Source of the DNA: an uncultured Desulfarculus sp.
Lineage (GTDB): Bacteria; Desulfobacterota; Desulfarculia; Desulfarculales; Desulfarculaceae
DNA length: 64,000 bases
Direction of reading: 5' to 3'
NCBI GenBank assembly: GCA_963665125.2
Contig: CAXXUK010000001.1
Location: 1,056,001-1,120,000 of the forward strand
This document shows positions 30,473 to 39,206 of the stretch, in pieces. The notes below the pieces were generated by a model. The model did no database searches. It was not told the origin of the DNA and saw only the letters and a list, made by a program, of their open reading frames with translations. The position numbers and the translations under genes are program-made. Position 1 is the stretch's first letter, and each line of letters begins with the position of its first letter.

Positions 30473-31885
30473 CTAAAACCTGAAGTATATGAACGGGTTG
30501 AAGGTTAGGGTCGACATCTTGCCGATGGCCAGCACCAACAAGACGAACGCGCCGCCCAGGGCCGCTTCCTGGCGGTAGGCCCAGCGCCGCCAGCCTTCCA
30601 GCCAGGCCCAGGGCCGGTTGAAGGACGGGACGAATGATATGGCCAGGGCCAGGGCCAGGAAAAAGAACACATTGCTGGTGATGTACTTGAACGCCGGAGG
30701 ATCGGCGGCCTGACCCAACATGGCCGACAGATAGGCCCAGAGGTGCCCGATGCTTTCGGCCCGGAATACGGTCCAGCCGATGACCACGAAAAAGAAGGTC
30801 ACGGCTATGTTGAAGGCCTTGGGCAGCTTATGGCTGGCCTCGGTCCAGAAAAGGCGGTCCAGGACCAGAAAAACGCCGTGGTAGGCGCCCCAGATTACAA
30901 AGGTCCAGTTAGCGCCGTGCCATAGGCCCGAAAGCAGGAAGCAGAACCACAGGTTGAAATACAGACGCCCGGTGGATACGCGGTTGCCGCCCAGGGGGAT
31001 ATAGAGGTAGTCGCGAATCCACGAAGACAGCGAAATGTGCCAGCGCCGCCAGAACTCGCTGAAGCTCTGGGAGATGTAGGGCATGTTGAAGTTTTCCAGC
31101 AAGCGGAAACCCATCATCCGGGCCAGGCCGATGGCCATGTCGCTGTAGCCGGAAAAATCGAAATATATCTGGAATGTGAAGCAGATCACGCCCAGCCAGG
31201 CGTAGTAGGGTCCCAGGGAGACCGGGTCCGCGCCAAAGGAAAAGTCGGCTATTTCGGCCATGGTGTCGGCGATCAGCACCTTTTTGGCCAGGCCCACGGC
31301 AAAGCGCACCACACCGTGGACGATGTTGTCGAAGTTGTGCTCCCGGTTGCGGAGCTGGTCGGCGATATCGTGGTATTTGATGATGGGCCCCGCCAGCAGC
31401 TTGGGGAAAAAGAACACGTAGAGCAGGTAGTTGGCGAAGTTGCGCGAGGGCCGGCCCACGCCCCGGTAGACATCCACCAGGTAGGTGATTTTTTCGAATA
31501 CGATGAAAGAAACGCCGATGGGCAGGGCTATCTTGGTCAGCACAAAGGGGTTGAGCCCGAGCTTGGCCATTATCGCGCCGATGCTCGCGGCAAAGAAGTT
31601 GACGTATTTGAAATAGAACAGGATGCCGACGTTGCTGATTACGCCCAGGGCCACGCACCACTTGCGGGTGGTCTGCTTGCGGGCCCGGCCCATGAAGCGC
31701 ACCACGATCCAGTCAAAGGCCGTGGAAACAAGGGCCACGAAGACAAAGCTGGGTTCGCCCCAGAAATAAAAGGCCAGGCTGAAGGCGATGAGCACATAGT
31801 TTTTGGCCCTGCCCGGAGCCAGGTAATAACAGCTCAGGGCCAGCGGCAGGAATAAAAACAGGAATATCGGTGAACTGAATATCAT
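30473..31885 (-). CDS. algI: MBOAT O-acyltransferase (AlgI/PatA family)
   Basis: MIFSS..FLFLFLP, LPIGVSF, DFSGYSDMAIG, FWRRWHISLS, GLWHGA and PFIYFRF. Confidence 0.9.
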   Translation of the reverse strand: MIFSSPIFLFLFLPLALSCYYLAPGRAKNYVLIAFSLAFYFWGEPSFVFVALVSTAFDWIVVRFMGRARKQTTRKWCVALGVISNVGILFYFKYVNFFAASIGAIMAKLGLNPFVLTKIALPIGVSFIVFEKITYLVDVYRGVGRPSRNFANYLLYVFFFPKLLAGPIIKYHDIADQLRNREHNFDNIVHGVVRFAVGLAKKVLIADTMAEIADFSFGADPVSLGPYYAWLGVICFTFQIYFDFSGYSDMAIGLARMMGFRLLENFNMPYISQSFSEFWRRWHISLSSWIRDYLYIPLGGNRVSTGRLYFNLWFCFLLSGLWHGANWTFVIWGAYHGVFLVLDRLFWTEASHKLPKAFNIAVTFFFVVIGWTVFRAESIGHLWAYLSAMLGQAADPPAFKYITSNVFFFLALALAISFVPSFNRPWAWLEGWRRWAYRQEAALGGAFVLLVLAIGKMSTLTFNPFIYFRF

Positions 31886-32008
31886 TGGGCAGTGGGCACC
31901 CCGGCCTGGTTAGTACAACTGAATCAGCTGCTGGATACTAGAGCAAGTGCTTGAAATTGTCAACAAATATACTCTGATATGAGTTGCCGCCAAAGATGTT
32001 CCCAAAAA

Positions 32009-32050
32009 GCAAAACGGGTTACAGCACTGCTGCTGCAACCCGTTGTTTGC
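32009..32050 (-). terminator. Hairpin downstream of tRNA-Pro
   Basis: Inverted repeat gcaaaacgggtt...aacccgttgtttgc, followed by a T-run on the minus strand. Confidence 0.55.
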
Positions 32051-32053
32051 GAG

Positions 32054-32130
32054 TGGTCGGGACGACTGGATTTGAACCAGCGACCCCTTGAACCCCATTC
32101 AAGTGCGCTCCCAGTCTGCGCCACGTCCCG
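32054..32130 (-). tRNA. tRNA-Pro (anticodon GGG)
   Basis: The reverse complement is CGGGACGTGGCGCAGACTGGGAGCGCACTTGAATGGGGTTCAAGGGGTCGCTGGTTCAAATCCAGTCGTCCCGACCA, a 77-nt cloverleaf with encoded CCA. Confidence 0.97.
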
Positions 32131-32139
32131 ACGAGCGAT

Positions 32140-32168
32140 TATGTACCATCGCAGGCCCTGGTTGTCAA
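32140..32168 (-). promoter_or_regulatory. Sigma70-type promoter of tRNA-Pro
   Basis: TTGACA-N17-TACATA on the minus strand, about 10 nt before the tRNA. Confidence 0.6.
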
Positions 32169-32172
32169 TCAG

Positions 32173-33363
32173 CTAAGCCGCCCTAATCAGTTGCAATGCC
32201 ACATTTTCCAGGGCCTTTACAGCCGCAAGCAGTTCCGCGCCCATGCGCCGGGCCGCGGGAAACCACCTTGATTCCGCCGCCGCGCCAGCCTGGTGGGGCT
32301 CGATTCCCGCCAGGCGGCAGGCCTGGGCGTCCAGGACTTCATCGCCCCCGGCCCAAACCGGCTCCAGCAGTTCAACCAGAGCAGGCCAGTCCACGGATGC
32401 GGATTCGGGGCGGCTGTTTTGGGCGGCAAAACGGCACAGGCGCAGCAAAGTCCAGAACTCCAGGCCCCTTGCCCCGCGCCGCCACAGGGGCATCTGGGGA
32501 TGTCTGGGCCGCCATAGACCCCGTTTGCGGCCATGCTCCCACAGAGACCACGCCTGTTCAGCTTCCCTTTGGGCAACGGGATGGGGCGGGGAGGCATCCT
32601 GGACTTGGGGCTCGACGGGCTCTATACCGGCCCAGTGTTGCCAGAGGTTTTGCATGGCCCTGCCGCCCGCCGCATCACCGGTGGTGTCCAGGTGGGCATA
32701 CGAGGCCATGACTTTGCCCCGGCCGTATTGGGCCTCGATCATGGCCGCCCGGCCCCACAGAACCGCCGGATCGAGCCGGATGCCGTATTGTTTTTCTTTT
32801 TTGATCAATTCATCCGGCGCCAGACTGCCCACGGCCACATCGGCGCAGTAAAGATCTTTCGCCGCGCCTTGATAAACGCCCACCGGTTGGGCTTCCGTGG
32901 GCATGTCCTGGCTGAACTGGCCTGGAAACCAGACATGGAATATGGCTTCCTCGCCCAGTCCGCGCCAAAGAGGATGCTCCCGGCTGGCCCGTATGCGGAT
33001 GGGACCGCTGGCCGACTGCACCCTGCCTTTGCCTCGGCAGCGACCCAGGGGGATCAGGCCCAGGCCGTCGTTTTCGCTGAGGGCCAGCCCGCCGCCGCCG
33101 CAGAATCCCAGGTAATAGCCGCCCCCGTCGACGAATCGGCGGATTGCCTCGGCCCCGGCATCGCCAAGGGCCTTGCGCCTCAGCGATGGCCAGCCTCCGG
33201 GAACCACTAGCAATCTGCAATGTGCCAGGGCTCCTGTTTTGATTTCAACTGCGGTGACGGGTTCCACGGGCAGGCCAAGGGCCCGACATGATTCCAGGGT
33301 CATCAGGCCCCACAGGCCGCTGTGGTCCCAAAGCAGTTTGGCTAGGTGTAAGTTTTCCGGCAT
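32173..33363 (-). CDS. Stand-alone BPL-N (class I glutamine amidotransferase-like) domain protein
   Basis: LVVPGG, FV..GG.YLGFCGGG, G.G.V..SYAHLD; no biotin ligase domain follows. The start at ATG33363 is inferred. Confidence 0.75.
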   Translation of the reverse strand: MPENLHLAKLLWDHSGLWGLMTLESCRALGLPVEPVTAVEIKTGALAHCRLLVVPGGWPSLRRKALGDAGAEAIRRFVDGGGYYLGFCGGGGLALSENDGLGLIPLGRCRGKGRVQSASGPIRIRASREHPLWRGLGEEAIFHVWFPGQFSQDMPTEAQPVGVYQGAAKDLYCADVAVGSLAPDELIKKEKQYGIRLDPAVLWGRAAMIEAQYGRGKVMASYAHLDTTGDAAGGRAMQNLWQHWAGIEPVEPQVQDASPPHPVAQREAEQAWSLWEHGRKRGLWRPRHPQMPLWRRGARGLEFWTLLRLCRFAAQNSRPESASVDWPALVELLEPVWAGGDEVLDAQACRLAGIEPHQAGAAAESRWFPAARRMGAELLAAVKALENVALQLIRAA

Positions 33364-33423
33364 TTTCGCGCAGGCCCCCGGCAGAGGTTGTAGGCAAGAC
33401 CTCAATATAGAGGATCAGGCCAT

Positions 33424-33460
33424 CAAAATAAAGCGGGCAGGCCATAAAGGGCCCGCCCGT
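33424..33460 (-). terminator. Intrinsic terminator after the PEP-CTERM gene
   Basis: Minus strand reads gggcgggcc-ctttat-ggcctgccc followed by gctttatttt. Confidence 0.6.
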
Positions 33461-33491
33461 GGTGATTTGTACGGAAGCGGCGTGTGGTTCT

Positions 33492-34457
33492 TTATTCGGT
33501 CCGTTCCTTGCAGCGGAAGCGGCGCCCCGCCAGAAACACGCCCAGACCAGAACCAAGCAGCAGCAGGGTGCCGGGCTCCGGCGTTTCACCGCCGGGGGGA
33601 TCGTCGCCGTACCCCTGGAACGGGTTGAGGTTTTGCTGGATTGAACCGCTAAGGTTCTTGGCGATGACATTGCCCTGGATCACGCCCTGGGCATTGTTGA
33701 TGGTGGCGTAGGGGGCCAGAATGCTGCCCTCGACGCTGATGCCGCTGATCTCCAGATTTACCGCCTCGTAAAAGTTGAACAGGACCCGGTTGGAAAACCC
33801 GGCCAGGACCTGCTGGCCGCCGCTGAGTTTGGCGTTCTTGCCGCTGATGTTCAGGACGATCGTGGCGTCGTCGGGAATCCCGGACAGGGCGTGCCACCAG
33901 GTGGACTTGCTCAGGTCATTGCCGTCAAGGTTGAATATCTGCAAGTCGCTGGTGCCGTCGCCCTTGACCTGCATGCCGTTCCAGAGAATGCCGCTGCTGC
34001 CCGTTGTGGTCATGCCTGATAGGTTTTGCGACAGGTTTTGCAGATATTTTTCCTCGGCCGCGAAATCCACCGATAGGTTACCCACGCCCTGGTTGAACGA
34101 CTGGGAGCCGCTCAGGCCGTTGGTGACGCTTGAGTCCACATTGGCCTTTCCGCCGACCGAGATATTGCCGTAATAAACCCGGCCGCCGCTGTAGTCCAGA
34201 TTGCCGCCGACTACCAGCGAATCGCCGCTATAGCTCGAGTTCAGTTGGTCGCCCACGGAATAGTGGTCAAGTTTGGCGTTGCCGCCCACGGCCAGGCTGC
34301 CCTGGGTGTCGGACGAACCGGAAAAGTTATTGAAGATGAAAGTGTTGTATTTGCCCGCCGTCATCAGGTCGATGGTCGCGGCAAACGCGTTTACTCCGGT
34401 TGCCAATACAATGGCGAAGACCAGGGCAATGGTTGAATTTCTAAATAAAGTAGCCAT
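33492..34457 (-). CDS. Choice-of-anchor A domain protein with PEP-CTERM sorting signal
   Basis: Signal peptide; YN.F...D..G.LAVGGN, LFNF.EA and GSILAP.A; C-terminal TPEPGTLLLLGSGL...RRFR. Confidence 0.85.
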   Translation of the reverse strand: MATLFRNSTIALVFAIVLATGVNAFAATIDLMTAGKYNTFIFNNFSGSSDTQGSLAVGGNAKLDHYSVGDQLNSSYSGDSLVVGGNLDYSGGRVYYGNISVGGKANVDSSVTNGLSGSQSFNQGVGNLSVDFAAEEKYLQNLSQNLSGMTTTGSSGILWNGMQVKGDGTSDLQIFNLDGNDLSKSTWWHALSGIPDDATIVLNISGKNAKLSGGQQVLAGFSNRVLFNFYEAVNLEISGISVEGSILAPYATINNAQGVIQGNVIAKNLSGSIQQNLNPFQGYGDDPPGGETPEPGTLLLLGSGLGVFLAGRRFRCKERTE

Positions 34458-34561
34458 GCTTCACGCTTTGATGTGGATAGTTGTTAGTCAATTCCAAAAT
34501 GATAAAGCATGGCTTTTATTCCGTCAATCAGTGTTACACAAATGCCTTTAATGGAAGGATG

Positions 34562-35542
34562 TCAATTCGAAATTGTGTTTAGTGATTTTACCAATAGCGG
34601 AATGAATTTTACCAAGTCTTCAACTATGCATACGTCGGAGACATTGAAAATCGCCGCCTGGGGATCGTTGTTGATGGAAACAACAAACCCCGATCCGGCC
34701 ATGGCCGAGACGTGTTGGCTGGCCCCGGAGATGCCTGCGGCAATGTACAGTTTAGGGGCCACGGTTTGGCCGGTAATACCCACCTGTTTGAGATAGGCCA
34801 GCCAGCCGGAATCACAAACCGGCCGGGAACCGGCCACAGCCGAGCGGTTGAACAGCGTGGCAAGCTTTTCGGCCAGCTCCAGGTTTTCCGGCTTGCCGAT
34901 GCCCCGGCCCACGGCAACGATGACCTCCGCGCCGTTGAGGTCGCTTTTGCCGGTCTCCCTGGGCTGCACATCAACATTACGGGTACGCCGCATATAAGGG
35001 TCGATATCGACGGTCTCCACCTTGCCGGGGCTGCTGGGGTGCCATTGGCGGCCGCTGAACACGCCCGGCTGGGCCAGCAGCACGGTTGGCCGGGACGCGG
35101 CCATGACCAGGGCATGTAGCTTGCCCGCCTGGACTTCGCGGACAAAGCCCAGACATTTCTCTGATTTTTCAACGCCCCTCACTCCGCTGACGCAGGAGCC
35201 GCCAAGGCGCACGGCAAGGCCAGGGGCGTAATCCATGCCCTGACTGGTGCCGCCGGCGACGATGTAGGCCGGTTTGTGCATCTGGGCCAGGTGCCCCAAA
35301 ACATGGCGCATGACTTCGCTGTTGTATGGGCTGTCGGTGCTAGCGGCGATTACGTCGATGCCCGTTTTTGTGGAAACCGCATGGGCTGCCTGTTCCGCGC
35401 CGGGGCCCACGGCCACTCCGATGATCATTGCCTCGGTTTTTTCCAGCATGGTCAGACAAAGGCTCACTGCTTCGTATGCGGAAGCGGCCGGTGCTCCGTC
35501 GGCATGTTCCAATACCGCAAATATCTGTTCAGGCATGATCAT
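34562..35542 (-). CDS. etfA: Electron transfer flavoprotein alpha subunit
   Basis: AEVIVAVGRG, SRPVCD.GW, QVGITG.TVAP.LYIAAGISGA.QH and IN.DP.A.IF. Confidence 0.93.
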   Translation of the reverse strand: MIMPEQIFAVLEHADGAPAASAYEAVSLCLTMLEKTEAMIIGVAVGPGAEQAAHAVSTKTGIDVIAASTDSPYNSEVMRHVLGHLAQMHKPAYIVAGGTSQGMDYAPGLAVRLGGSCVSGVRGVEKSEKCLGFVREVQAGKLHALVMAASRPTVLLAQPGVFSGRQWHPSSPGKVETVDIDPYMRRTRNVDVQPRETGKSDLNGAEVIVAVGRGIGKPENLELAEKLATLFNRSAVAGSRPVCDSGWLAYLKQVGITGQTVAPKLYIAAGISGASQHVSAMAGSGFVVSINNDPQAAIFNVSDVCIVEDLVKFIPLLVKSLNTISN

Positions 35543-35546
35543 GCTC

Positions 35547-36320
35547 CTATATCAAGGCCTTGTCGTGCAGGATGGCGGCCAGTTGGTCGGCCTTGGAGGC
35601 GGCGTCGCCCTCAAGAACTAGGCCCTGTCGCGTACGGCCGGGCAGGCTGAAGGATGTCACGTTTTCCCTTGATATCGCCATGAAACTGGTGGGCTCTATG
35701 GTCTCGTGCCTTTGACTTTTGGCCCTGAGCAGGTTGGACAGGCTGGGATAACGGGGCTTGTTGATGCCGCTTTGCACGGTGAGCAGGGCGGGCAGGGTAA
35801 TTTCCAGGCCGTCGCGGCCGCCGCCTTCGGTTTCGCGCTGAACCAGGACATATTGCTTATCAGGTGTCAGGACAAGGTCAATAACCGCGGTGGCGCAGGG
35901 CAGGTCCAGCATCTCGGCCAGCATGGGGCCGACTTGGGCCCGCATCTGGTCTTCACTCATGATTCCGCACAGCACCAGATCGTACGATTTGTCCCTGGCA
36001 TAGTCGGCGATCAGCGAAGCCGTTGCAAAAGCGTCGAGGGCATCCGGATCGGGCGCTATGATGTGGACGCCATTGTCGCAACCCATGCCTATGGCCCGGT
36101 CAAGCACGGTCCTGGCCCCGTCCGGCCCCACGGTGAGCACATCCGCCGAAATGTTCTGGTGTTCTTTTTTCAAGACAACGGCGGCTTCCACTGCAAATTC
36201 ATCATAGCGGTTCATCTGGAAACGGGGCTGGCCGCGCCTGATCAAACCGGCCGAGTCTTCGCTGACCACGACGGGCAGCTCAGGATCGAAAACCTGTTTA
36301 ACGCATACCAATATCTTCAT
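35547..36320 (-). CDS. etfB: Electron transfer flavoprotein beta subunit
   Basis: MKILVCVKQV, N.YDEFAVE, G..SED...QVG and N.PRYPS. Confidence 0.93.
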   Translation of the reverse strand: MKILVCVKQVFDPELPVVVSEDSAGLIRRGQPRFQMNRYDEFAVEAAVVLKKEHQNISADVLTVGPDGARTVLDRAIGMGCDNGVHIIAPDPDALDAFATASLIADYARDKSYDLVLCGIMSEDQMRAQVGPMLAEMLDLPCATAVIDLVLTPDKQYVLVQRETEGGGRDGLEITLPALLTVQSGINKPRYPSLSNLLRAKSQRHETIEPTSFMAISRENVTSFSLPGRTRQGLVLEGDAASKADQLAAILHDKALI

Positions 36321-36395
36321 CTTTCCAACACCTGGGTGAGATAGGTAATCAAATATGTAATTTAATTTATAGGCCTTTTGCAAAAAAAACAAGAC

Positions 36396-36478
36396 AAAAG
36401 CGAACGATCGTTCTTTTTTGTTGACACGGTGATTCGGTTGTGTAAAAAATTATCTCGAAAGTGAGTGGACTTCACTTT
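36396..36478. promoter_or_regulatory. Divergent promoter region with two palindromic operators (candidate TetR sites)
   Basis: Perfect palindrome GAACGATCGTTC at 36402-36413, TTGACA at 36421, and inverted repeat AAAGTGA-N7-TCACTTT at 36458-36478. Confidence 0.6.
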
Positions 36479-36503
36479 TCCGAGGTGCTTTTCGAGGATT
36501 CAA

Positions 36504-37214
36504 ATGAGTGTGATTTATTTTATAAGGCACGGCCAAGCATCCTTTGGCAGCGAAAACTATGATCAGCTGTCTGATTTGGGACGCAGGCAGTGTGAGGTGT
36601 TGGGCCGGTTCCTGGCCGAACAGGGCATGGTCTTTGACGCCGCCTATAGTGGCAACCAGGTGCGGCAACGTGATACGGCCCAAATAGTCCTGGATTGCCT
36701 GAATGGCGGGGCATCCAGCACCGACCTGACAATCGATCCCGATTTCAATGAGTACAGTTCTTTTCACGTACTCCAGGCATTGTTGCCCCAAATGATCGAG
36801 GAAGAGCCTTCCATGGCAGATTCATTGGGGGACATCCACAAAAACAAAAGGTCGTTTCAGCTGGTTTATGAAAAGGCCATGTTGCGCTGGATAACCGGCA
36901 AGTATGACCAGCCGGGCATTGATTCCTGGCGCGCCTTTCACCAGCGTTGCCAATCGGCCATAGACAGGGCAACGGCCGCCCACCCCGAATCCGGCAAAAA
37001 AATCGCCGTATTTACCTCGGGCGGACCCTTGTCTTCGGTAATGAACAAGGCCTTGTCTCTCAGCGACGAGGTTACGCTGCGCATAACCTGGCAGATTGTC
37101 AACAGTTCGGTCACCGCCTGCAAATACAGCGACGACCGGTTCTTTTTGTGGTTTTTCAACGGTATCTCACACCTTGAACAATACGATCAAGAAAATTTGA
37201 TAACCTATCGATGA
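36504..37214 (+). CDS. Histidine phosphatase (phosphoglycerate mutase) family protein
   Basis: IYFIRHGQASFG..YDQLS, RQ.DTA, FNEY and VFTSGG. Confidence 0.88.
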   Translation: MSVIYFIRHGQASFGSENYDQLSDLGRRQCEVLGRFLAEQGMVFDAAYSGNQVRQRDTAQIVLDCLNGGASSTDLTIDPDFNEYSSFHVLQALLPQMIEEEPSMADSLGDIHKNKRSFQLVYEKAMLRWITGKYDQPGIDSWRAFHQRCQSAIDRATAAHPESGKKIAVFTSGGPLSSVMNKALSLSDEVTLRITWQIVNSSVTACKYSDDRFFLWFFNGISHLEQYDQENLITYR

Positions 37215-37227
37215 CAGAGGGGTAATC

Positions 37228-38436
37228 ATGGACTTTGCCATATCTGAAAAGATGCAAACCATTCTGGGTATGATCAACGAATTCATCGACAAGGAACTTA
37301 TTCCTTGGGAGAGTGAATTTCTGACCAAAGAAATGGAAGACTTTGAGGATGTAGTCGCTGAAAAGCGGCGCATGGTCAAGGAGATGGAGCTTTGGGCGCC
37401 TATGCACCCCAAAGAGTACGGCGGCTTGGGCCTGAACCTGGTCGAATACGGCCTAGTTTGCGAAGCCCTGGCCCGCACTCCGTTGGGCGTGTTTGTTTTC
37501 GGTTGCCAGGCCCCGGATGCCGGCAACGCCGAAATCCTGCATAAATACGGCACACCGGAACAAAAGGATAAATACCTGCATCCCCTGATTCAGGGCGAAA
37601 TCCGCTCATGCTTCTCCATGACCGAGGTGGATCTTCCCGGCTCCAACCCCACAATGATGAACACCACAGCTGTGCTGGATGGCGATGAATGGGTCATCAA
37701 CGGCCAAAAATGGTATACTTCATCGGCTGATGGCGCAAAATTCGCCATCGTAATGGCCAAGACCGATCCGGATGCGCACAAATACCTCCAGGCCTCGATG
37801 ATTATCGTCCCCACGGACACGCCGGGCTTCAACCATGTGCGCAACATCCAGATCATGGGCCACACCGGCAGCGGCTGGCACAGCCACGCCGAGATTCTTT
37901 ATCAAAACTGCCGCGTGCCCAAGGAAAACCTGTTGGGGCCCCAGGGTCATGGCTTCGTCATCGCTCAGGAGCGCCTGGGCCCGGGACGCATCCATCACTG
38001 CATGCGTTGGGTCGGTATCTGCAACCGCTGTCTGGAACTGGTTCTTCAGCGGGCCACCACCCGCCAGATCAACAGCCGCGAGGTGTTGGCCGACCAGCAG
38101 ATCATCCAGACCTGGATCGCCGAAATGGCCGCCGAAACACAGGCCGCCAGGCTGATGATCCTCAACGCGGCCTGGATGATGGACACCATGGGCCACAAGG
38201 AAGCCCGCCAGCAGGTTTCGCTGATCAAATTCTACGCCGCCGGTATTTTGCAGGATGTCATGGACAAGGCCCTGCAGGTTCATGGCGGACTAGGCATGAG
38301 CGACGATACTGTGATAGCTTCTTTCTACCGGGGCGAACGCGCGGCCCGGATTTACGACGGAGTCGACGAGGTCCACAAGATGTCTGTGGCCAAGAGGATA
38401 ATCAACGAATACAAGGCCCAAAAGGGCATGAGCTAA
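37228..38436 (+). CDS. Acyl-CoA dehydrogenase (ACAD10/11, LvaC-like subfamily)
   Basis: CQAPDAGNAEIL, RSCFSMTE, NGQKWYTS, AQERLGPGRIHHCMR, QVHGG.G and RIYDG.DEVH. Confidence 0.9.
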   Translation: MDFAISEKMQTILGMINEFIDKELIPWESEFLTKEMEDFEDVVAEKRRMVKEMELWAPMHPKEYGGLGLNLVEYGLVCEALARTPLGVFVFGCQAPDAGNAEILHKYGTPEQKDKYLHPLIQGEIRSCFSMTEVDLPGSNPTMMNTTAVLDGDEWVINGQKWYTSSADGAKFAIVMAKTDPDAHKYLQASMIIVPTDTPGFNHVRNIQIMGHTGSGWHSHAEILYQNCRVPKENLLGPQGHGFVIAQERLGPGRIHHCMRWVGICNRCLELVLQRATTRQINSREVLADQQIIQTWIAEMAAETQAARLMILNAAWMMDTMGHKEARQQVSLIKFYAAGILQDVMDKALQVHGGLGMSDDTVIASFYRGERAARIYDGVDEVHKMSVAKRIINEYKAQKGMS

Positions 38437-38486
38437 CAGCTGCCTCTAGTGCTCATGGCCTGGGCTTGATGGAGACTGTTGCGTAA

Positions 38487-39200
38487 ATGAATTTTGCCGA
38501 GTTCAACGAGATGGTCCATGTCTCGTGGAAAGACCTTTGTAAAAAGGTCTACGAGGACCATGGAGAGTCCATCAGGATTAAAAAAGGCAAGACGGTAGCC
38601 AAGAATTTGCCCCGCATTTTCGAAGCCGCCATGCGCATTAGCAACCAGTGCGGGTTTCAGGCCATGAGCATGCGCACCCTCAGCCGGGAGACCGGTCTGA
38701 GCATGGGTGCGCTGTACGCCTATTTTTCCAGCAAGGAAGAGCTGCTGGCTTTATTGCAAGAGGCCGGCCGAAAAGTTTCCGGCAATATCCTGGTCCAGTG
38801 CCTGGAAACCGTGGAAGGGCCTGTAGACCGTTTGCGCATGGCCATTAAGTCCCATGTTTTTCTCAGTGAGGCCATGCAGCCGTGGTTTTATTTCTCATAC
38901 ATGGAAGCCAAGAACCTCAGTGATGACGAAAAGGACAAAGCTGTTACCGGCGAGCTGTTCACTGAAAGCATCATCGCGGACATTATAAAACAAGGTCAGG
39001 AACAAGGTGTTTTCCTCAAATTGGACGCCCAGTTAATGGCATCGGCAACAAAGGCCATGATGCAGGACTGGTATGTCAAACGCTGGAAATACGCCAAGCG
39101 CGGCATCAGTGTCGATGACTACGCCGATTTTCTTATAGGTATCGTCGAAGCGCGTTGCCTTGCGCCGGAACAGCTCGATATACAACGCATAAGAGGGTGA
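38487..39200 (+). CDS. TetR/AcrR family regulator
   Basis: HTH GF.AMSMR.LSRETGLSMGALYAYFSSKEELL. Confidence 0.9.
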   Translation: MNFAEFNEMVHVSWKDLCKKVYEDHGESIRIKKGKTVAKNLPRIFEAAMRISNQCGFQAMSMRTLSRETGLSMGALYAYFSSKEELLALLQEAGRKVSGNILVQCLETVEGPVDRLRMAIKSHVFLSEAMQPWFYFSYMEAKNLSDDEKDKAVTGELFTESIIADIIKQGQEQGVFLKLDAQLMASATKAMMQDWYVKRWKYAKRGISVDDYADFLIGIVEARCLAPEQLDIQRIRG

Positions 39201-39206
39201 TTAATA

